Assembly (NCBI GenBank): GCA_050250895.1
Contig: JBFWNU010000007.1
Span: 1-64,000, forward strand
Reading direction: 5' to 3'
Source: Vulcanimicrobiota bacterium
Lineage (GTDB): Bacteria > Vulcanimicrobiota > Xenobia > Xenobiales > JADMJV01
Length of the DNA stretch: 64,000 bases
Part shown: positions 1 to 10,938 of the stretch, piece after piece
Layout: each line of letters starts with the position of its first letter
Position numbering within the stretch: position 1 is the stretch's first letter
Program-made: the position numbers and the translations under genes
The notes under the pieces: generated by a model
Seen by the model: only the letters and a program-made list of their open reading frames with translations
What the model was told of the DNA's origin: nothing
Database searches by the model: none

Positions 1-75
1 GAATTCGATGTCGAGAGCTACCGAACCGAGCAGGCCAAACGCCGGCAGAAAGGAGGTGCTTCAGCGGCGGCGTGA
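1..75 (+). CDS. 3' end of a CDS entering the window (partial, unknown product)
   Basis: Frame 1 reads EFDVESYRTEQAKRRQKGGASAAA* and ends at TGA 73-75. Confidence 0.45.
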   Translation, partial: EFDVESYRTEQAKRRQKGGASAAA

Positions 76-118
76 GGCCGGGAAAAATAGTTGTCGTTTT
101 TCTGGGAAAAGTAGTTGA

Positions 119-766
119 CGTTTATCAAGGGGCCGCTGGCTAGCCTTTCTCGATTCAGACGATGTGTGGGAGCCCGAGAAGTGCCGACTCCAGCGCGACT
201 ATCTCGAGGCCGGCGGCTTTCGAGCCGGGCTTACTCAGGAGTGGTGGATTCGCTCGGGCAAGCGGGCCGAGCCGCCTCTTCGTTATCGGCCCGAAGAGGG
301 CGAGTTGCTGGAGCGGACGGCCGAAACATTGTGCGTGAGCTGTTCGTCTCTGATGATCGAGCGAGACTTCTTCTGGGAGTTGGGCGGATTTGACCCGCGC
401 TTCTTCGTGTGCGAAGACTACGAGTTTGCGCTGCGATTATGCGCTGCTATCCGGCTCGGAGTGCTCGAGCGCCGACTGACCACCAAATACGGCGGGCACG
501 AGATGCAGTTGTCGCGCCAGGTGCCGGCACTTGACCGGATCAGGCTGATGGCCCTGCTCGAACAGGCGGAGCAACGGCCCGCTTTGTTGACGATGGCTCT
601 GGAGAAAGTCGGGATTCTGGCTACCGGCGCCGCGAAGCGACATCGCCAGAGTCTGCAAACCTATGAAAGAATCGGCGCGGCTCTAGCCGGGCGAGAGTGG
701 GCCAGGGCTCGCTCGTTGCTAGCGGCTGAATTGGGCCCTAGTCCCTGGGGACGACCTCGAGTTTGA
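119..766 (+). pseudogene. Family 2 glycosyltransferase, N-terminally truncated
   Basis: Frame reads GRWLAFLDSDDVWEPEK...ELGGFDPRFFVCEDYEF (GT-A DxD and ED motifs). In-frame TGA at 116-118 leaves no N-terminal nucleotide-binding segment. Confidence 0.6.
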
Positions 767-1340
767 TCGGTTTGGATTGGACGCTTCCCTGCCACACCCC
801 AGGCACGGACTTGAGCCCGTCGGGGCTGAGGTACTGATTGTGCTTTATGGCAAAGCGAGCGGTCACGGTGTAGACCCCGGGCCGGTTGAACAGCTGATCT
901 AGCAAGAGCATTTCGCGCTCGGTAACGTTTGAGCGCCCCGGTTCGTAGAGAGCCCAGCGGGTGTGGTTGACGGCCTGGTTGCCCAGCGTGGTCTTGCCCT
1001 CCAGGGCCTGACCCGGAGAGAGTTTTTGGAAGTATTCCTCGGACAGGGTCACAAAGGCGGCGAACTCGTCGAGGCGTTGCAGGCGCAGAGTCTTGCCCGC
1101 GGGCGTCTTGACCTCGAACATCAGGCCCCATTCCTCGGCCGGCAGAGTCGGTCGGGGCACCCGGGTTTCATCGCCCACTTTGACCGGGGCGTTGGAGTTG
1201 TTGATCAAAGAGTAACCGACAGTGATCGGTTGGCCCAGGACCACCTGCTGTTCGGAGGGTGTGAGCTTGAGTACCAGAGGCTCAGCCCAGGCAGTGGCGG
1301 CCATGCACACCAGGAGCAGCCAATTCACAGGCACCCTCAC
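738..1340 (-). CDS. Secreted hypothetical protein
   Basis: Signal peptide ending AWA-E; start overlaps the pepF stop by 4 bp. Confidence 0.75.
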   Translation of the reverse strand: MRVPVNWLLLVCMAATAWAEPLVLKLTPSEQQVVLGQPITVGYSLINNSNAPVKVGDETRVPRPTLPAEEWGLMFEVKTPAGKTLRLQRLDEFAAFVTLSEEYFQKLSPGQALEGKTTLGNQAVNHTRWALYEPGRSNVTEREMLLLDQLFNRPGVYTVTARFAIKHNQYLSPDGLKSVPGVWQGSVQSKPIKLEVVPRD

Positions 1341-3202
1341 GACTTCCTGGCCCGGATCTCTTCGATTTGGTCCATGATGTGATTCATCTCGGCCATGGCT
1401 GCCTGGAAAGGCCGACTGGTCGTCATGTCGACCCCGGCGGCCTTCAGTTCGTCAATGGGGTAGGCCGAGGCCCCCGAGCTCAGCATTTTGAGGTAAGCCT
1501 CGCGAGCACCCGGTTTGCCGTCGCGAATGCTAACTGCCAAACTGGTCGAGGCCACCAGGCTGGTGGCATATTGGTAGACGTAGAAGTTGTAGTAGAAGTG
1601 GGGGATATAGGCCCACTCCACCCCGTAGACCTCGTCGACCTCACAGATTCCCTGGTCGTGGCCGTAATACTCCCGTAGCAGGCCCAGATAGAGCTCGGTC
1701 ATGTTTTCGCCGGTGAGCGTCTGGCCGCTTTCGGCCAGCTCGTGGATCCGGAGCTCGAACTCGGCGAACAGCACCTGTCGGAACAGGGTTTGGCGCATAT
1801 TCTCGAGATAGCTACCCAGCAGATAAAGACGAGTCTCGTCGTCTTGCGTGTTGGCCAGCATATGGTGCAGCAGCAAGTTTTCGTTGAGGGTCGAAGCTAC
1901 CTCGGCCACGAACGTAGCGTAGCTGTGCAGGCCGAACGGCTGATGGCGGTTGGAGAGATAGCTGTGCATCGAGTGGCCAAGCTCGTGGGCCAGGGTCGAC
2001 ACGTCGGTATACTCGCCGTTGAAATTGAGCAACTGGTAGGGGTGGACATCGTAGACAGCCCCTTCGCTGTAGGCGCCCGAGCGCTTCCCGGTCGTGGGCA
2101 GAAAGTCGACCCAGCGTTCGTCGAAAACTCGCTGTAGGGTTTGCTGGTAGTCGGCCCCGAGAGGGGCCACGGCAGCGTGGGTCAGCGCTTTGGCTTGCTC
2201 GGGGGTATAGCGGATGTCGACCCCTTTGATGATGGGGGCATAGAGATCGTCGTAACGGAGCCGCTCGACTCCCATCAGTTGCTGGCGCAACTTGAGATAA
2301 CGATGCAGAGTAGGCAGGTTCGCATGCACATCCGTGACCAGCTGGTGGTAGACCGCGGGGGGAATGTTGTCGGCAAAAAGAGCCGCCTGGAGACTGCTTT
2401 CATATTGGCGGACACTCATCTCGAAGAGGTGGGCCTTCACCTGGGCGTAAAGGGTCGTGCCGAGAGTGCGGGTGAACTCGCTGTAGCGCCCAAAGAAGGC
2501 TTGAAAGACCTTGCGCCGGTCCTCACGGTTGGGGGTGCCTCGATAACGGGTAAAGCCGGCTGCGTCCAGGCGCACTTTCTCGCCGTTCGACAGGGTCACT
2601 TCGGGGTAGGGGAGGTCAGCGTTAGTGAAGATGCCGTAGGTGGCGGCGCCCGAGTCTTCGAGGTTATGCGCTCGAGCGACGATTCTCTCCTCAGCCGTGC
2701 TGAGGGTGTGCGGGGCCAGCCGGAAGATGTCGTCGAAGAGTTGCTGATAGACTTTGAGCTTCTGATTCGAAGCGATGAACGAGTCCACCCTGGCCTTACC
2801 GACCTGCAACAGTTCGGGACGAAAGAACGCTTTGGCGGCGGCGAATTGGACCCCCAACTGTTGGGCCGATTGCTGCAATTCGAGGTTGGCCGAGACCCGG
2901 GTGTCCTGATCGGAGACGAACATGGCGTAGGCATACAGCCGGTCGAGTTCCTTTTGGGTGGCTAGAATGTCGGCGAGGGCGTTGGCCAGGGCTTCGGGTG
3001 AATCGCTCAGGTGGCCCTTATGCTTTTCCAGTTGCGGGATGCGAGTCGCTAGAGCATCACGCGCCGAGGACCAGGTGTCGCGATCGGGATAAATCTCGGT
3101 CAGATCCCACTTCAGATTGTCGGGGACCTCGGAGCGCTCGCGGGCCGCCAGGGGGGCGGCGAGGCTCATCAGGAGTAGAAAAAGACTGAGTGTGCGTCGC
3201 AT
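1337..3202 (-). CDS. pepF: Oligoendopeptidase F (M3B) with signal peptide
   Basis: KWDLTEIYP N-terminal motif, GKRSGAYS, HELGH zinc motif, FVAEVAST, WAYIPHFY. Confidence 0.93.
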   Translation of the reverse strand: MRRTLSLFLLLMSLAAPLAARERSEVPDNLKWDLTEIYPDRDTWSSARDALATRIPQLEKHKGHLSDSPEALANALADILATQKELDRLYAYAMFVSDQDTRVSANLELQQSAQQLGVQFAAAKAFFRPELLQVGKARVDSFIASNQKLKVYQQLFDDIFRLAPHTLSTAEERIVARAHNLEDSGAATYGIFTNADLPYPEVTLSNGEKVRLDAAGFTRYRGTPNREDRRKVFQAFFGRYSEFTRTLGTTLYAQVKAHLFEMSVRQYESSLQAALFADNIPPAVYHQLVTDVHANLPTLHRYLKLRQQLMGVERLRYDDLYAPIIKGVDIRYTPEQAKALTHAAVAPLGADYQQTLQRVFDERWVDFLPTTGKRSGAYSEGAVYDVHPYQLLNFNGEYTDVSTLAHELGHSMHSYLSNRHQPFGLHSYATFVAEVASTLNENLLLHHMLANTQDDETRLYLLGSYLENMRQTLFRQVLFAEFELRIHELAESGQTLTGENMTELYLGLLREYYGHDQGICEVDEVYGVEWAYIPHFYYNFYVYQYATSLVASTSLAVSIRDGKPGAREAYLKMLSSGASAYPIDELKAAGVDMTTSRPFQAAMAEMNHIMDQIEEIRARKS

Positions 3203-3256
3203 GCTGACCGTCCTTTCGCAAGCCAGGCCCTTCGGGAAGGCCGGTTCAGCAACCTT

Positions 3257-4333
3257 TTAGGGTAGCTCGACCACGGCCAGGCCACGTTCGGTGAAGCTGG
3301 CGGCGTAGCGACCATCCTCAGAGATGCGCAGCCAACCCACCTTGCTGCCTTTGAGAGCCGGAACCGGGACGGCTTTGAAGCCATCCTTTTGGCGGCAGAC
3401 GACGACCTCCATCCGTTGCGAGACATTGTCGATCTGACAGGCCACTCCGGTGGAACCATCGCCGGACATGAACAGATAGCGATAGGGGGTCGGACTGCTG
3501 GCGCATCGGTAGCTGGTACCGTCGAGGGCGTCATACACGATCAGGTCGCAGGTGCCGTCGGCCCGGGTGGCGGAGTAGAACAACCGGGAAGTTTCGGCCC
3601 AGTAGCCATTGAAACGCGGGGCCCGGTCAATGTCGCGCTTGTCGGTGCCGTCCCAGGTGGCCAGCACCGACTCGTCGCCCACCTTGCGGGTGAAGAAGGC
3701 CAGGCGATCGCTGGGATAAACCAGATACTCGATGCCGGGGACGCTGCGCTCGAAACGAAAAATCTCGCGGACCGGCGTGAACGCCGCCACTCCGGATTTG
3801 TAGGGGTCGACTTTGGCGATGGATTGGAAATCGGCAAATCTCTGCTCGTCGTAAATGTGGCCGAGAGTCAACAGTTGGCCCTGATAGGTCCACATCACCG
3901 GCGGCTGGACCCGAAAGCCGGATACGCCCTTCTCGTATTTCATCAGGTCGGTGACCTGAAGACTCTTGGTGTCGACCGACACGATCTGGGTGCCGGAGTT
4001 GGCCACGATCAAAAAACGACTGTCATCGGGAGAATAGGTCGCCTGCTCGAAATTGGGAATCGAGAGGGGAACCGAGCGGGTCTTGTCGAGCTGTCCGTCG
4101 ACGGTGAAATCCAGAAACCAGAGCCGGAAGAAGATGCCCTTCTTCTTGTCCTCGAGGGTGGGGCGGTCAAAGCCCGTGAGAGTTCTGCTATTGTGCGCCC
4201 ACATGATCGGCTGAAAACTGAAGATGTCGATGCCTTCCGAGCGAAGGCGGCTGGCGCGAGTGTCACCGTCGGCCAGGGCCGAAACGGTCAGGGCGAGGAG
4301 GAGCAAAGCGGTGAAAGCCGGTTTTTTGGGCAT
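3257..4333 (-). CDS. Secreted hypothetical protein, probable beta-propeller
   Basis: Signal peptide; YSPDDSR, MSGDGS and ISEDGRY blade-like motifs. Confidence 0.7.
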   Translation of the reverse strand: MPKKPAFTALLLLALTVSALADGDTRASRLRSEGIDIFSFQPIMWAHNSRTLTGFDRPTLEDKKKGIFFRLWFLDFTVDGQLDKTRSVPLSIPNFEQATYSPDDSRFLIVANSGTQIVSVDTKSLQVTDLMKYEKGVSGFRVQPPVMWTYQGQLLTLGHIYDEQRFADFQSIAKVDPYKSGVAAFTPVREIFRFERSVPGIEYLVYPSDRLAFFTRKVGDESVLATWDGTDKRDIDRAPRFNGYWAETSRLFYSATRADGTCDLIVYDALDGTSYRCASSPTPYRYLFMSGDGSTGVACQIDNVSQRMEVVVCRQKDGFKAVPVPALKGSKVGWLRISEDGRYAASFTERGLAVVELP

Positions 4334-4360
4334 GCTCGGGCTTTTCGAACCTACCTTCGC

Positions 4361-4840
4361 TCAGACCTCCAACAGCCTCGGCCAGTCCAGCATCTCGGTA
4401 GTCACCCGCAAGCGGTGGTCGTCTTCCACCACGTGGAACTGCAGGTTGATAAAGACCTTCCGGGCGCGCTCGTAGACAGGGTCCAGGGGAACGACCCGAT
4501 CTTTGGTGCCGTGGACCAAGGTGGTGGGGACCGGAATGCGAACGTCGAGCAGGTGGTCGAAATCGGGACGGTGTAGGGCCGGAGCGAGCAGAATCAGCTT
4601 TCTGACCCGCTCGGGGTTCTGGCAAGTCCAGATGGCCGCCATCAGTCCTCCTAGAGAGGAACCGACCAGGATCCAGGTCTGATTTTCGTCGCCCATAAGG
4701 CCGGCCATCTTGTCGAGCCTGGCGTAGAGGTCGCCGTCAAAGTCGGGCACCACCAGGTCGTCCACCAGTCCTTTGATATGGGTGGCCTTGTGGCCCTGGC
4801 TGCTTCCTTCCAGGCCGTGCACCAGCATGCGTTTGATCAT
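4361..4840 (-). CDS. Alpha/beta hydrolase (YqiA-like esterase)
   Basis: VHGLEGS, GSSLGG nucleophile elbow, [12 protein letters not shown]; start set at MIKRML. Confidence 0.85.
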   Translation of the reverse strand: MIKRMLVHGLEGSSQGHKATHIKGLVDDLVVPDFDGDLYARLDKMAGLMGDENQTWILVGSSLGGLMAAIWTCQNPERVRKLILLAPALHRPDFDHLLDVRIPVPTTLVHGTKDRVVPLDPVYERARKVFINLQFHVVEDDHRLRVTTEMLDWPRLLEV

Positions 4841-4915
4841 GTCGGCGGGTTCGCGGCCGAATCCCGCTCTCCCGCTGCCAGGAGCCGGCACCCACCTGGC
4901 AGAAGGCCCCGTCCC

Positions 4916-6037
4916 ATGCAAACAGATTCGGCCCTATTGGTGCTCGAGGACGGCACGGCCTTTCCAGGTTCACCCCTGGGAGCCAGGGGGGAGGCCGGCG
5001 GCGAGGTGGTCTTCACCACCTCCATGACCGGATACCAGGAAATCATCACCGATCCCAGCTATTGCGGGCAGCTGGTGTGTCTGACCGTCCCCCATGTGGG
5101 CAATGTCGGGGTCAATCCCGACGACCTCGAATCCACTCAGCCCTGGCTCGCGGGGTTCATCGTGCGCGAGGTTCCTGAGGAGCCGAGCAACTGGCGCTCC
5201 ACCCAGGACCTGGATTCCTGGCTCAAAGACCACAAGGTGGTCGGTATCACCCGGATCGATACCCGCAAACTGGTGCGCCACATCCGAGAACGCGGAGCCA
5301 TGCGTGGCATCGTGTCGTCGTCGGACCTCGACCCGGTCAGCCTGCAGGCCAAAATGGCCCAGGTTCCTCAGATGGAGGGTCTGGATCTCGTCGAGCGGGT
5401 CACCTGCCACGAGGTCGAGCCCTGGACCGACGGCTTGCCAAATCAAGAGGCGCCGGCCCCCGAATATCGCGTGGTGGCGTATGACTTTGGCGTGAAACAC
5501 AACATCCTGCGCTTGCTGAAAGCTTCGGGATTGGAGGTCCTGCGGGTGCCCGCCCGGACTTCGGCCGACGAGGTGCTGGCCATGCAACCCGACGGTGTAT
5601 TCTTGTCCAACGGGCCCGGCGACCCCGCCGCCGTCGACTATGCGGTGGCCGAGGTTCGCAAGTTGTTGGGCAAGGTGCCCCTTTTCGGGATCTGCCTGGG
5701 GCACCAGATTCTGGGTCTGGCCCTGGGGGCCAGGACCTATAAGCTCAAGTTCGGCCACCGGGGAGCCAATCAGCCGGTGCGCCGACTGGAGACCGGCCAG
5801 GTCGAGATCACCACCCAGAATCACGGCTTTGCGGTCACTCTCGACACCTTGCCGCCAGAGGTCGAGGTGACCCATCTCAACCTCAATGACGGCACGGTGG
5901 AAGGCCTGCGCCACAAGACACTGCCGGCCTTTTCGGTGCAATACCATCCGGAAGCCTCACCGGGTCCCCACGACTCGAAGTATCTATTTGACGAATTCAA
6001 GAGGTTGATCCATGCCGAAAAGAACCGATCTGCGTAA
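4916..6037 (+). CDS. carA: Carbamoyl-phosphate synthase small subunit
   Basis: [39 protein letters not shown]. Confidence 0.97.
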   Translation: MQTDSALLVLEDGTAFPGSPLGARGEAGGEVVFTTSMTGYQEIITDPSYCGQLVCLTVPHVGNVGVNPDDLESTQPWLAGFIVREVPEEPSNWRSTQDLDSWLKDHKVVGITRIDTRKLVRHIRERGAMRGIVSSSDLDPVSLQAKMAQVPQMEGLDLVERVTCHEVEPWTDGLPNQEAPAPEYRVVAYDFGVKHNILRLLKASGLEVLRVPARTSADEVLAMQPDGVFLSNGPGDPAAVDYAVAEVRKLLGKVPLFGICLGHQILGLALGARTYKLKFGHRGANQPVRRLETGQVEITTQNHGFAVTLDTLPPEVEVTHLNLNDGTVEGLRHKTLPAFSVQYHPEASPGPHDSKYLFDEFKRLIHAEKNRSA

Positions 6038-9000
6038 AATTCTGGTGCTTGGCTCCGGTGGCATCACCATTGGCCAGGCTTGTGAATTCGACTATTCGGG
6101 CACCCAGGCTCTAAAAGCGCTGCGCCAGGAAGGTTATGAGGTGGTGTTGGTCAATTCGAACCCGGCCACGATCATGACCGATCCGGAGATGGCCGACCGC
6201 ACCTACATCGAGCCTCTCCGGCCCAAAATCCTCGACAAGATTCTCGAGCGCGAGCGTCCTGACGCGATTCTGCCCACGGTGGGGGGTCAGACCGCCCTCA
6301 ACCTGGCCATGGAACTCGAGCAAGAAGGCCTGCTCGAGAAATACTCGGTGGAGATGATCGGGGCTACCACCGAGGCCATCGCCCTGGCCGAAGACCGCGA
6401 GGGCTTTCGGCTGGCCATGCTCGAGGAAGGCCTGGATGTCCCCCACAGCCGAACCTGCTTTACTCTGGAAGAGTGCCTCGAGTTCGGGGATGGTCAGGGC
6501 TACCCGGTCATCCTGAGGCCGTCTTACACGCTGGGCGGCACCGGCGGCGGCATTGCCTACTCCCGGGAGGAGATGCAGACCCTGGGGGCGCGAGCCCTAC
6601 GGGCCAGTCCGGTGGGTAGCGTGCTGGTGGAGGAGTTCATCGGCGGTTGGAAAGAGTATGAACTCGAGGTCATGCGCGACCGGGCCGACAACTTCGTGGT
6701 CATCTGTTCCATCGAGAACATCGACCCCATGGGGGTGCATACCGGCGACAGCATTACCGTGGCTCCGGCTATGACCCTGACCGACAAAGAATACCAGCAG
6801 ATGCGCGAATGGGGTCGGCGGGTCATTCGCAAGGTGGGGGTCGAGACCGGGGGCAGTAACGTCCAATTCGCCGTCCATCCCGACACCGGGCGCATGGTGG
6901 TCATCGAGATGAACCCTCGCGTTTCGCGCTCGTCCGCCCTGGCCTCCAAAGCCACCGGCTTTCCCATCGCCAAGATTGCGGCCAAACTGGCTGTCGGTTA
7001 TACCCTCGACGAGATTCCCAACGACATCACCAAGAAGACTCCGGCTTCGTTCGAGCCCGTGCTCGACTACGTGGTGGTCAAGATTCCCCGCTGGGACTTC
7101 GCCAAGTTTCCGGGAGCCGACCAGATTCTCGGCCCCCAGATGAAGTCGGTGGGCGAGGTCATGGCCATCGGCCGCACCTTCGCCGAGGCGCTGCAGAAAG
7201 GTCTGCGTTCGCTGGAACTGGGCATGGACGGCTTCTCGCCCGGAGCCGAGCCCATGGCCCGCCTCGACCAGCCCCGAGCCGAGCGCATCTTTGCCATCGG
7301 AGATGCCCTGCGAGCCGGGCAAACGGTCGAGCAATTACACGAAGAGACGGGGATGGACCCCTGGTTCTTGCGCCAGTTCTGGCGCATCATCCAAACCGAG
7401 CAGGCGGTTTCGGCTACCACCCTCGACCAGGTCGACGAGCCGCTCCTGCGCAAGGCCAAGGAGCAGGGCTTTTCAGATAGGCAGCTGGGCCGGTTGCTGG
7501 GTTGTGCAGCCCTGGAAGTGCGGGCCCGCCGACGACAACTCGGTGTCCTGCCGGTCTTTTTGCGAGTGGACACCTGCGCGGCCGAGTTCGAGGCTTTCAC
7601 TCCTTATATGTACTCCAGCTACGAGTCGAGCGACGAGACCGAGGCCACGGACCGCGAGAAGGTCATCATTTTGGGCAGCGGTCCCAACCGCATCGGTCAG
7701 GGCATCGAGTTCGATTATTGCTGCGTCCACGCCAGCTGGGCCCTGGCCGAGATGGGCTACGAGACCATCATGATCAACTGCAATCCCGAGACGGTCAGCA
7801 CCGATTACGACACCTCCGACCGCCTCTATTTCGAGCCCTTGACCCTCGAGGACGTGCTCAACGTCATCGAGGCCGAAATCGGCCACGCCTGGGATCCTGA
7901 CCGCCAGCACCTGATCAAAGGCGTGCTCGTCCAGTTTGGCGGGCAGACCCCGCTCAAGCTGGCCCAGGAACTCGAGTTGCTCAAGATTCCTATTTTGGGG
8001 ACCCAGCCTGATGTCATCGATCTGGCCGAAGACCGCGAGCGTTTCGGTAAGCTGCTCGACTATCTCGAGATTCCCCAGCCCGCCAACGGTATCGCCCGCT
8101 CCTCGGCAGAAGCCGTGAAGGTGGCCGAAGCGATCGGCTTTCCGGTCCTGGTGCGACCCTCCTACGTCCTGGGTGGACGGGCCATGGCGCTGCTGCACAC
8201 GCGAGCGGAGCTCGAGCAATACATCGGCCACGCCCTGGTGGCTTCCGAAGAGAAGCCGGTCCTCATCGACCGTTTTCTCGAAGACGCTTTCGAAGTGGAT
8301 GCAGACGCCATTTGCGACGGGCAACGGGTAGTCATCGGCGGCATTTTGCAGCACATCGAAGAGGCGGGCATCCACAGTGGCGACTCGGCCTGTGTCTTGC
8401 CCCCCTACAAGGTCAGCCACTACCATCTCTCGATCATTCGCGAATATGTGGTAGCCCTGGGCCAGGCGTTGGGCGTGATCGGCTTGATGAACGTGCAGTT
8501 AGCGATCAAAGACGACGTCGTTTATGTGCTCGAGGTCAATCCGCGGGCGTCGCGTACCGTGCCTTTCGTGGCGAAAGCCACCGGCGTGCCCCTGGCCCGG
8601 CTGGCCGCTCAGGTGATGGGGGGCAAGAGTCTGGAAGAGTTGGGCTTTGTGCGTGAACCCGAGGTGCACGGTTTTTTTGTCAAAGCGCCGGTTCTGCCGT
8701 TCTCGAAGTTTCCGGGTTTTGATGCTTTGCTCGGCCCAGAGATGCGCTCCACCGGCGAGGTGATGGGCCAGTCCGACCTGTTCGGTCACGCCTATGCCAA
8801 AGCCGCGGCCGCGGCCGGCGGTGTGTTGCCCCTGGAGGGTGGGGTGCTCATCACGGTCAACGACTACGACAAGAGTACTGTGTTGAAGTTTGCTCGCGAT
8901 CTGGTTCGGATGGGCTTCAGGCTCTACGGCACCCACGGAACGGCCGATTTCATGGCCCGCACAGGCTTGCCCATCGAGCGGGTGAACAAGTACTCCCAGG

Positions 9001-9251
9001 GTTCCCCCCATTGCGTCGACCTGCTGCGCTCGGGCGACGTTTCGCTAGTCATCAACACGCCGCTAGGCAGCGAGTCCCACATCGACGGGCGGGCTATCCG
9101 GGCCGCCTCGATCGAACTGGGCATCCCACTCTTGACCACCACCTCCGCCGCTGCCGCCGCCGTGCGCGGCATTCAGACGGTGCGAGACGAGAAGGTCGAA
9201 GTACGTTGCCTGCAGGAACTACAGGAGCAGACGGTAGTGGGGAGACGGTAG
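6012..9251 (+). CDS. carB: Carbamoyl-phosphate synthase large subunit
   Basis: MPKRTDL..., [30 protein letters not shown]-terminal MGS domain. Confidence 0.98.
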   Translation: MPKRTDLRKILVLGSGGITIGQACEFDYSGTQALKALRQEGYEVVLVNSNPATIMTDPEMADRTYIEPLRPKILDKILERERPDAILPTVGGQTALNLAMELEQEGLLEKYSVEMIGATTEAIALAEDREGFRLAMLEEGLDVPHSRTCFTLEECLEFGDGQGYPVILRPSYTLGGTGGGIAYSREEMQTLGARALRASPVGSVLVEEFIGGWKEYELEVMRDRADNFVVICSIENIDPMGVHTGDSITVAPAMTLTDKEYQQMREWGRRVIRKVGVETGGSNVQFAVHPDTGRMVVIEMNPRVSRSSALASKATGFPIAKIAAKLAVGYTLDEIPNDITKKTPASFEPVLDYVVVKIPRWDFAKFPGADQILGPQMKSVGEVMAIGRTFAEALQKGLRSLELGMDGFSPGAEPMARLDQPRAERIFAIGDALRAGQTVEQLHEETGMDPWFLRQFWRIIQTEQAVSATTLDQVDEPLLRKAKEQGFSDRQLGRLLGCAALEVRARRRQLGVLPVFLRVDTCAAEFEAFTPYMYSSYESSDETEATDREKVIILGSGPNRIGQGIEFDYCCVHASWALAEMGYETIMINCNPETVSTDYDTSDRLYFEPLTLEDVLNVIEAEIGHAWDPDRQHLIKGVLVQFGGQTPLKLAQELELLKIPILGTQPDVIDLAEDRERFGKLLDYLEIPQPANGIARSSAEAVKVAEAIGFPVLVRPSYVLGGRAMALLHTRAELEQYIGHALVASEEKPVLIDRFLEDAFEVDADAICDGQRVVIGGILQHIEEAGIHSGDSACVLPPYKVSHYHLSIIREYVVALGQALGVIGLMNVQLAIKDDVVYVLEVNPRASRTVPFVAKATGVPLARLAAQVMGGKSLEELGFVREPEVHGFFVKAPVLPFSKFPGFDALLGPEMRSTGEVMGQSDLFGHAYAKAAAAAGGVLPLEGGVLITVNDYDKSTVLKFARDLVRMGFRLYGTHGTADFMARTGLPIERVNKYSQGSPHCVDLLRSGDVSLVINTPLGSESHIDGRAIRAASIELGIPLLTTTSAAAAAVRGIQTVRDEKVEVRCLQELQEQTVVGRR

Positions 9252-9273
9252 ATGGTGGATGGTGGGGCAACAG

Positions 9274-9311
9274 AATGAAAAGAGCCCGCGAAGGCGGGCT
9301 CCTTTCATTTT
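9274..9311. terminator. Probable bidirectional intrinsic terminator
   Basis: AATGAAAAGAGCCCGC-GAAG-GCGGGCTCCTTTCATTTT between convergent genes. Confidence 0.8.
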
Positions 9312-9328
9312 GAAGACTACCGTCTGAC

Positions 9329-9952
9329 TTACTGCCGCAAGTAGGCGGGGGGAGCGGCGTAGGCGCCGGGAACCGGGGGAAGGGTGTGTTGCATGTAGGG
9401 GCTGTTGGCCGGGTCGAGCTGGCTGGCCCACCACAGCTTATGGCGCATGTAGCGCTCGGCGTAGGTGGCTTCGGCGGTCGCTTTGAGCAGCTCGGCGGTG
9501 GCTTCACCCAGACCAGGAGTGTTCTGGGGGGCGCTCACGATAGGGCTGGCCGGAGCGGGCTGGGGCGCTTCGGGAGCGGCCTGCTCGGTCTCGTCTTCCC
9601 GAGCGTCTTTGTCGTCGCTGGTCTTGAAGAGGACCACGCCACGAACTTCGTCGCGCTCGACCTGGCCACCGGTGGCCATGGCGAAGGCTTCAGCGGGAAG
9701 ATAGGGGCGTCCGTCCTGGACTACGGCCACAAACTTGACCGGGCAACCGGCTAGTTTGACCGAACCGGAGTCAAACGACTCGACCCGGACCCGGGTGGCA
9801 GCCGAAAGGGCATCCACCGGAAAGTAGGGCATTCCGTCCTTCATGACGGGTCGCGTGTCGACGCGCACACCATTCACGAACAGCTTGATATCGGCCGCCT
9901 GGCTCGGCAAAAGGGCCAGTAGCACCAACAGGATTAGAAAGATTTTCTTCAT
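9329..9952 (-). CDS. Secreted protein, copper amine oxidase N-terminal-like domain plus Pro/Ala linker
   Basis: GGAGG SD before MKKIFLIL; signal peptide; duplicated xDGxPYxP motifs. Confidence 0.7.
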   Translation of the reverse strand: MKKIFLILLVLLALLPSQAADIKLFVNGVRVDTRPVMKDGMPYFPVDALSAATRVRVESFDSGSVKLAGCPVKFVAVVQDGRPYLPAEAFAMATGGQVERDEVRGVVLFKTSDDKDAREDETEQAAPEAPQPAPASPIVSAPQNTPGLGEATAELLKATAEATYAERYMRHKLWWASQLDPANSPYMQHTLPPVPGAYAAPPAYLRQ

Positions 9953-10093
9953 TTTCCGACCTCCAGGTCTGTGAACGATTACCCAGACTCGCATCCGGTC
10001 GAAACCAATGTATTGGACTGCGACGCCAGGTTTGTTGCCGGTTTGTAAAATTCCCCCGGGTGTGAACGACATCACTGTTGCCCTCGGGCCGGC

Positions 10094-10672
10094 GTGCTAG
10101 ATTGTTGGCGGAGGATTCTCGATTTGCTGACCAGACAAGTTGCTCCGGCTCTCCCTTCTCAGTCCAGTTCTGTCTCTGAGGCTTACGAAGTTCTCGGCTA
10201 CAACCAGCAGTTGGTGGAGTTTGCCGACAGCAAGGCCGGCAATCTCATCCTGATCAACAGCCTCTTCATCGCGGCCGCTCAGGCGATGCCGCCCGGGTCG
10301 TTTCTGAAGTTGCTCCAGGTCGGGTCGGTTCTGTGTTCGGCCGTGGCCGTCTTGCTTTGTCTCAACGTCATCATGAGTAAAGGGGGCGGTTGGCTCAAGG
10401 GGCTGGGTCTCGATGATTGCCTACCCCGTCCTTGCCAGGAAGCCGATTTCGTCTTCTTTGGCGACATCCTTCAGCGGAGGGATGCGCGTGAATATGCGGC
10501 TGCCTTCGCGGCGGCCAGCCCGGCCACCCATCTACAGACCATCCTGGCCCGCACCTACGTCGTGGCCGAGATCGCCGCCCGCAAGTTTCGTAGTTATGGG
10601 CCGGCCCAGACTTTGACCACCTTCTCGGCCGTCATCTGGGTGATGGCCAACGCCCTGTCGGTGATGCGCTAG
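10094..10672 (+). CDS. Pycsar effector-like (DUF5706-type) membrane protein
   Basis: FADSKAG, TM helices, FVFFGDI, IAARKF and a C-terminal TM. The real start may be TTG 10124, after GGAGGA. Confidence 0.65.
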   Translation: MLDCWRRILDLLTRQVAPALPSQSSSVSEAYEVLGYNQQLVEFADSKAGNLILINSLFIAAAQAMPPGSFLKLLQVGSVLCSAVAVLLCLNVIMSKGGGWLKGLGLDDCLPRPCQEADFVFFGDILQRRDAREYAAAFAAASPATHLQTILARTYVVAEIAARKFRSYGPAQTLTTFSAVIWVMANALSVMR

Positions 10673-10938
10673 CGCAGCAGCTTTAGAATGGCCTCGTGCT
10701 CGAGTTCTGAGGCCAGCTGAAAGGGAGTCCGGCCAACCAGATCGCGAACCTCTCGCTCGGCACCGTAAGCGAGCAGCAGTCCGGCCGCCTCGGTGTTGCC
10801 CGCATAAGCCGCGACATGGAGAGGCGTCCAGCCCATCACGTTGCGTCGGCTAAGGGCCTCAGGATCGTGGTCCAGCAGGGCGCGAAGCTCTTGATTGAGG
10901 CCTTTGAGAACGAGATCGTGGACATTGCCATCGGGCAT
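10669..10938 (-). CDS. Small ankyrin-repeat protein
   Basis: GWTPLHVAAYAGN and GRTPFQLA; start coupled to the upstream stop (TGATG). Confidence 0.85.
   Translation of the reverse strand: MPDGNVHDLVLKGLNQELRALLDHDPEALSRRNVMGWTPLHVAAYAGNTEAAGLLLAYGAEREVRDLVGRTPFQLASELEHEAILKLLR

Noticed and set aside
4875-4902. Hairpin CTGCCAGG...CCTGGCAG upstream of carA as a PyrR attenuator
   Set aside because: No PyrR loop consensus and no U-tract
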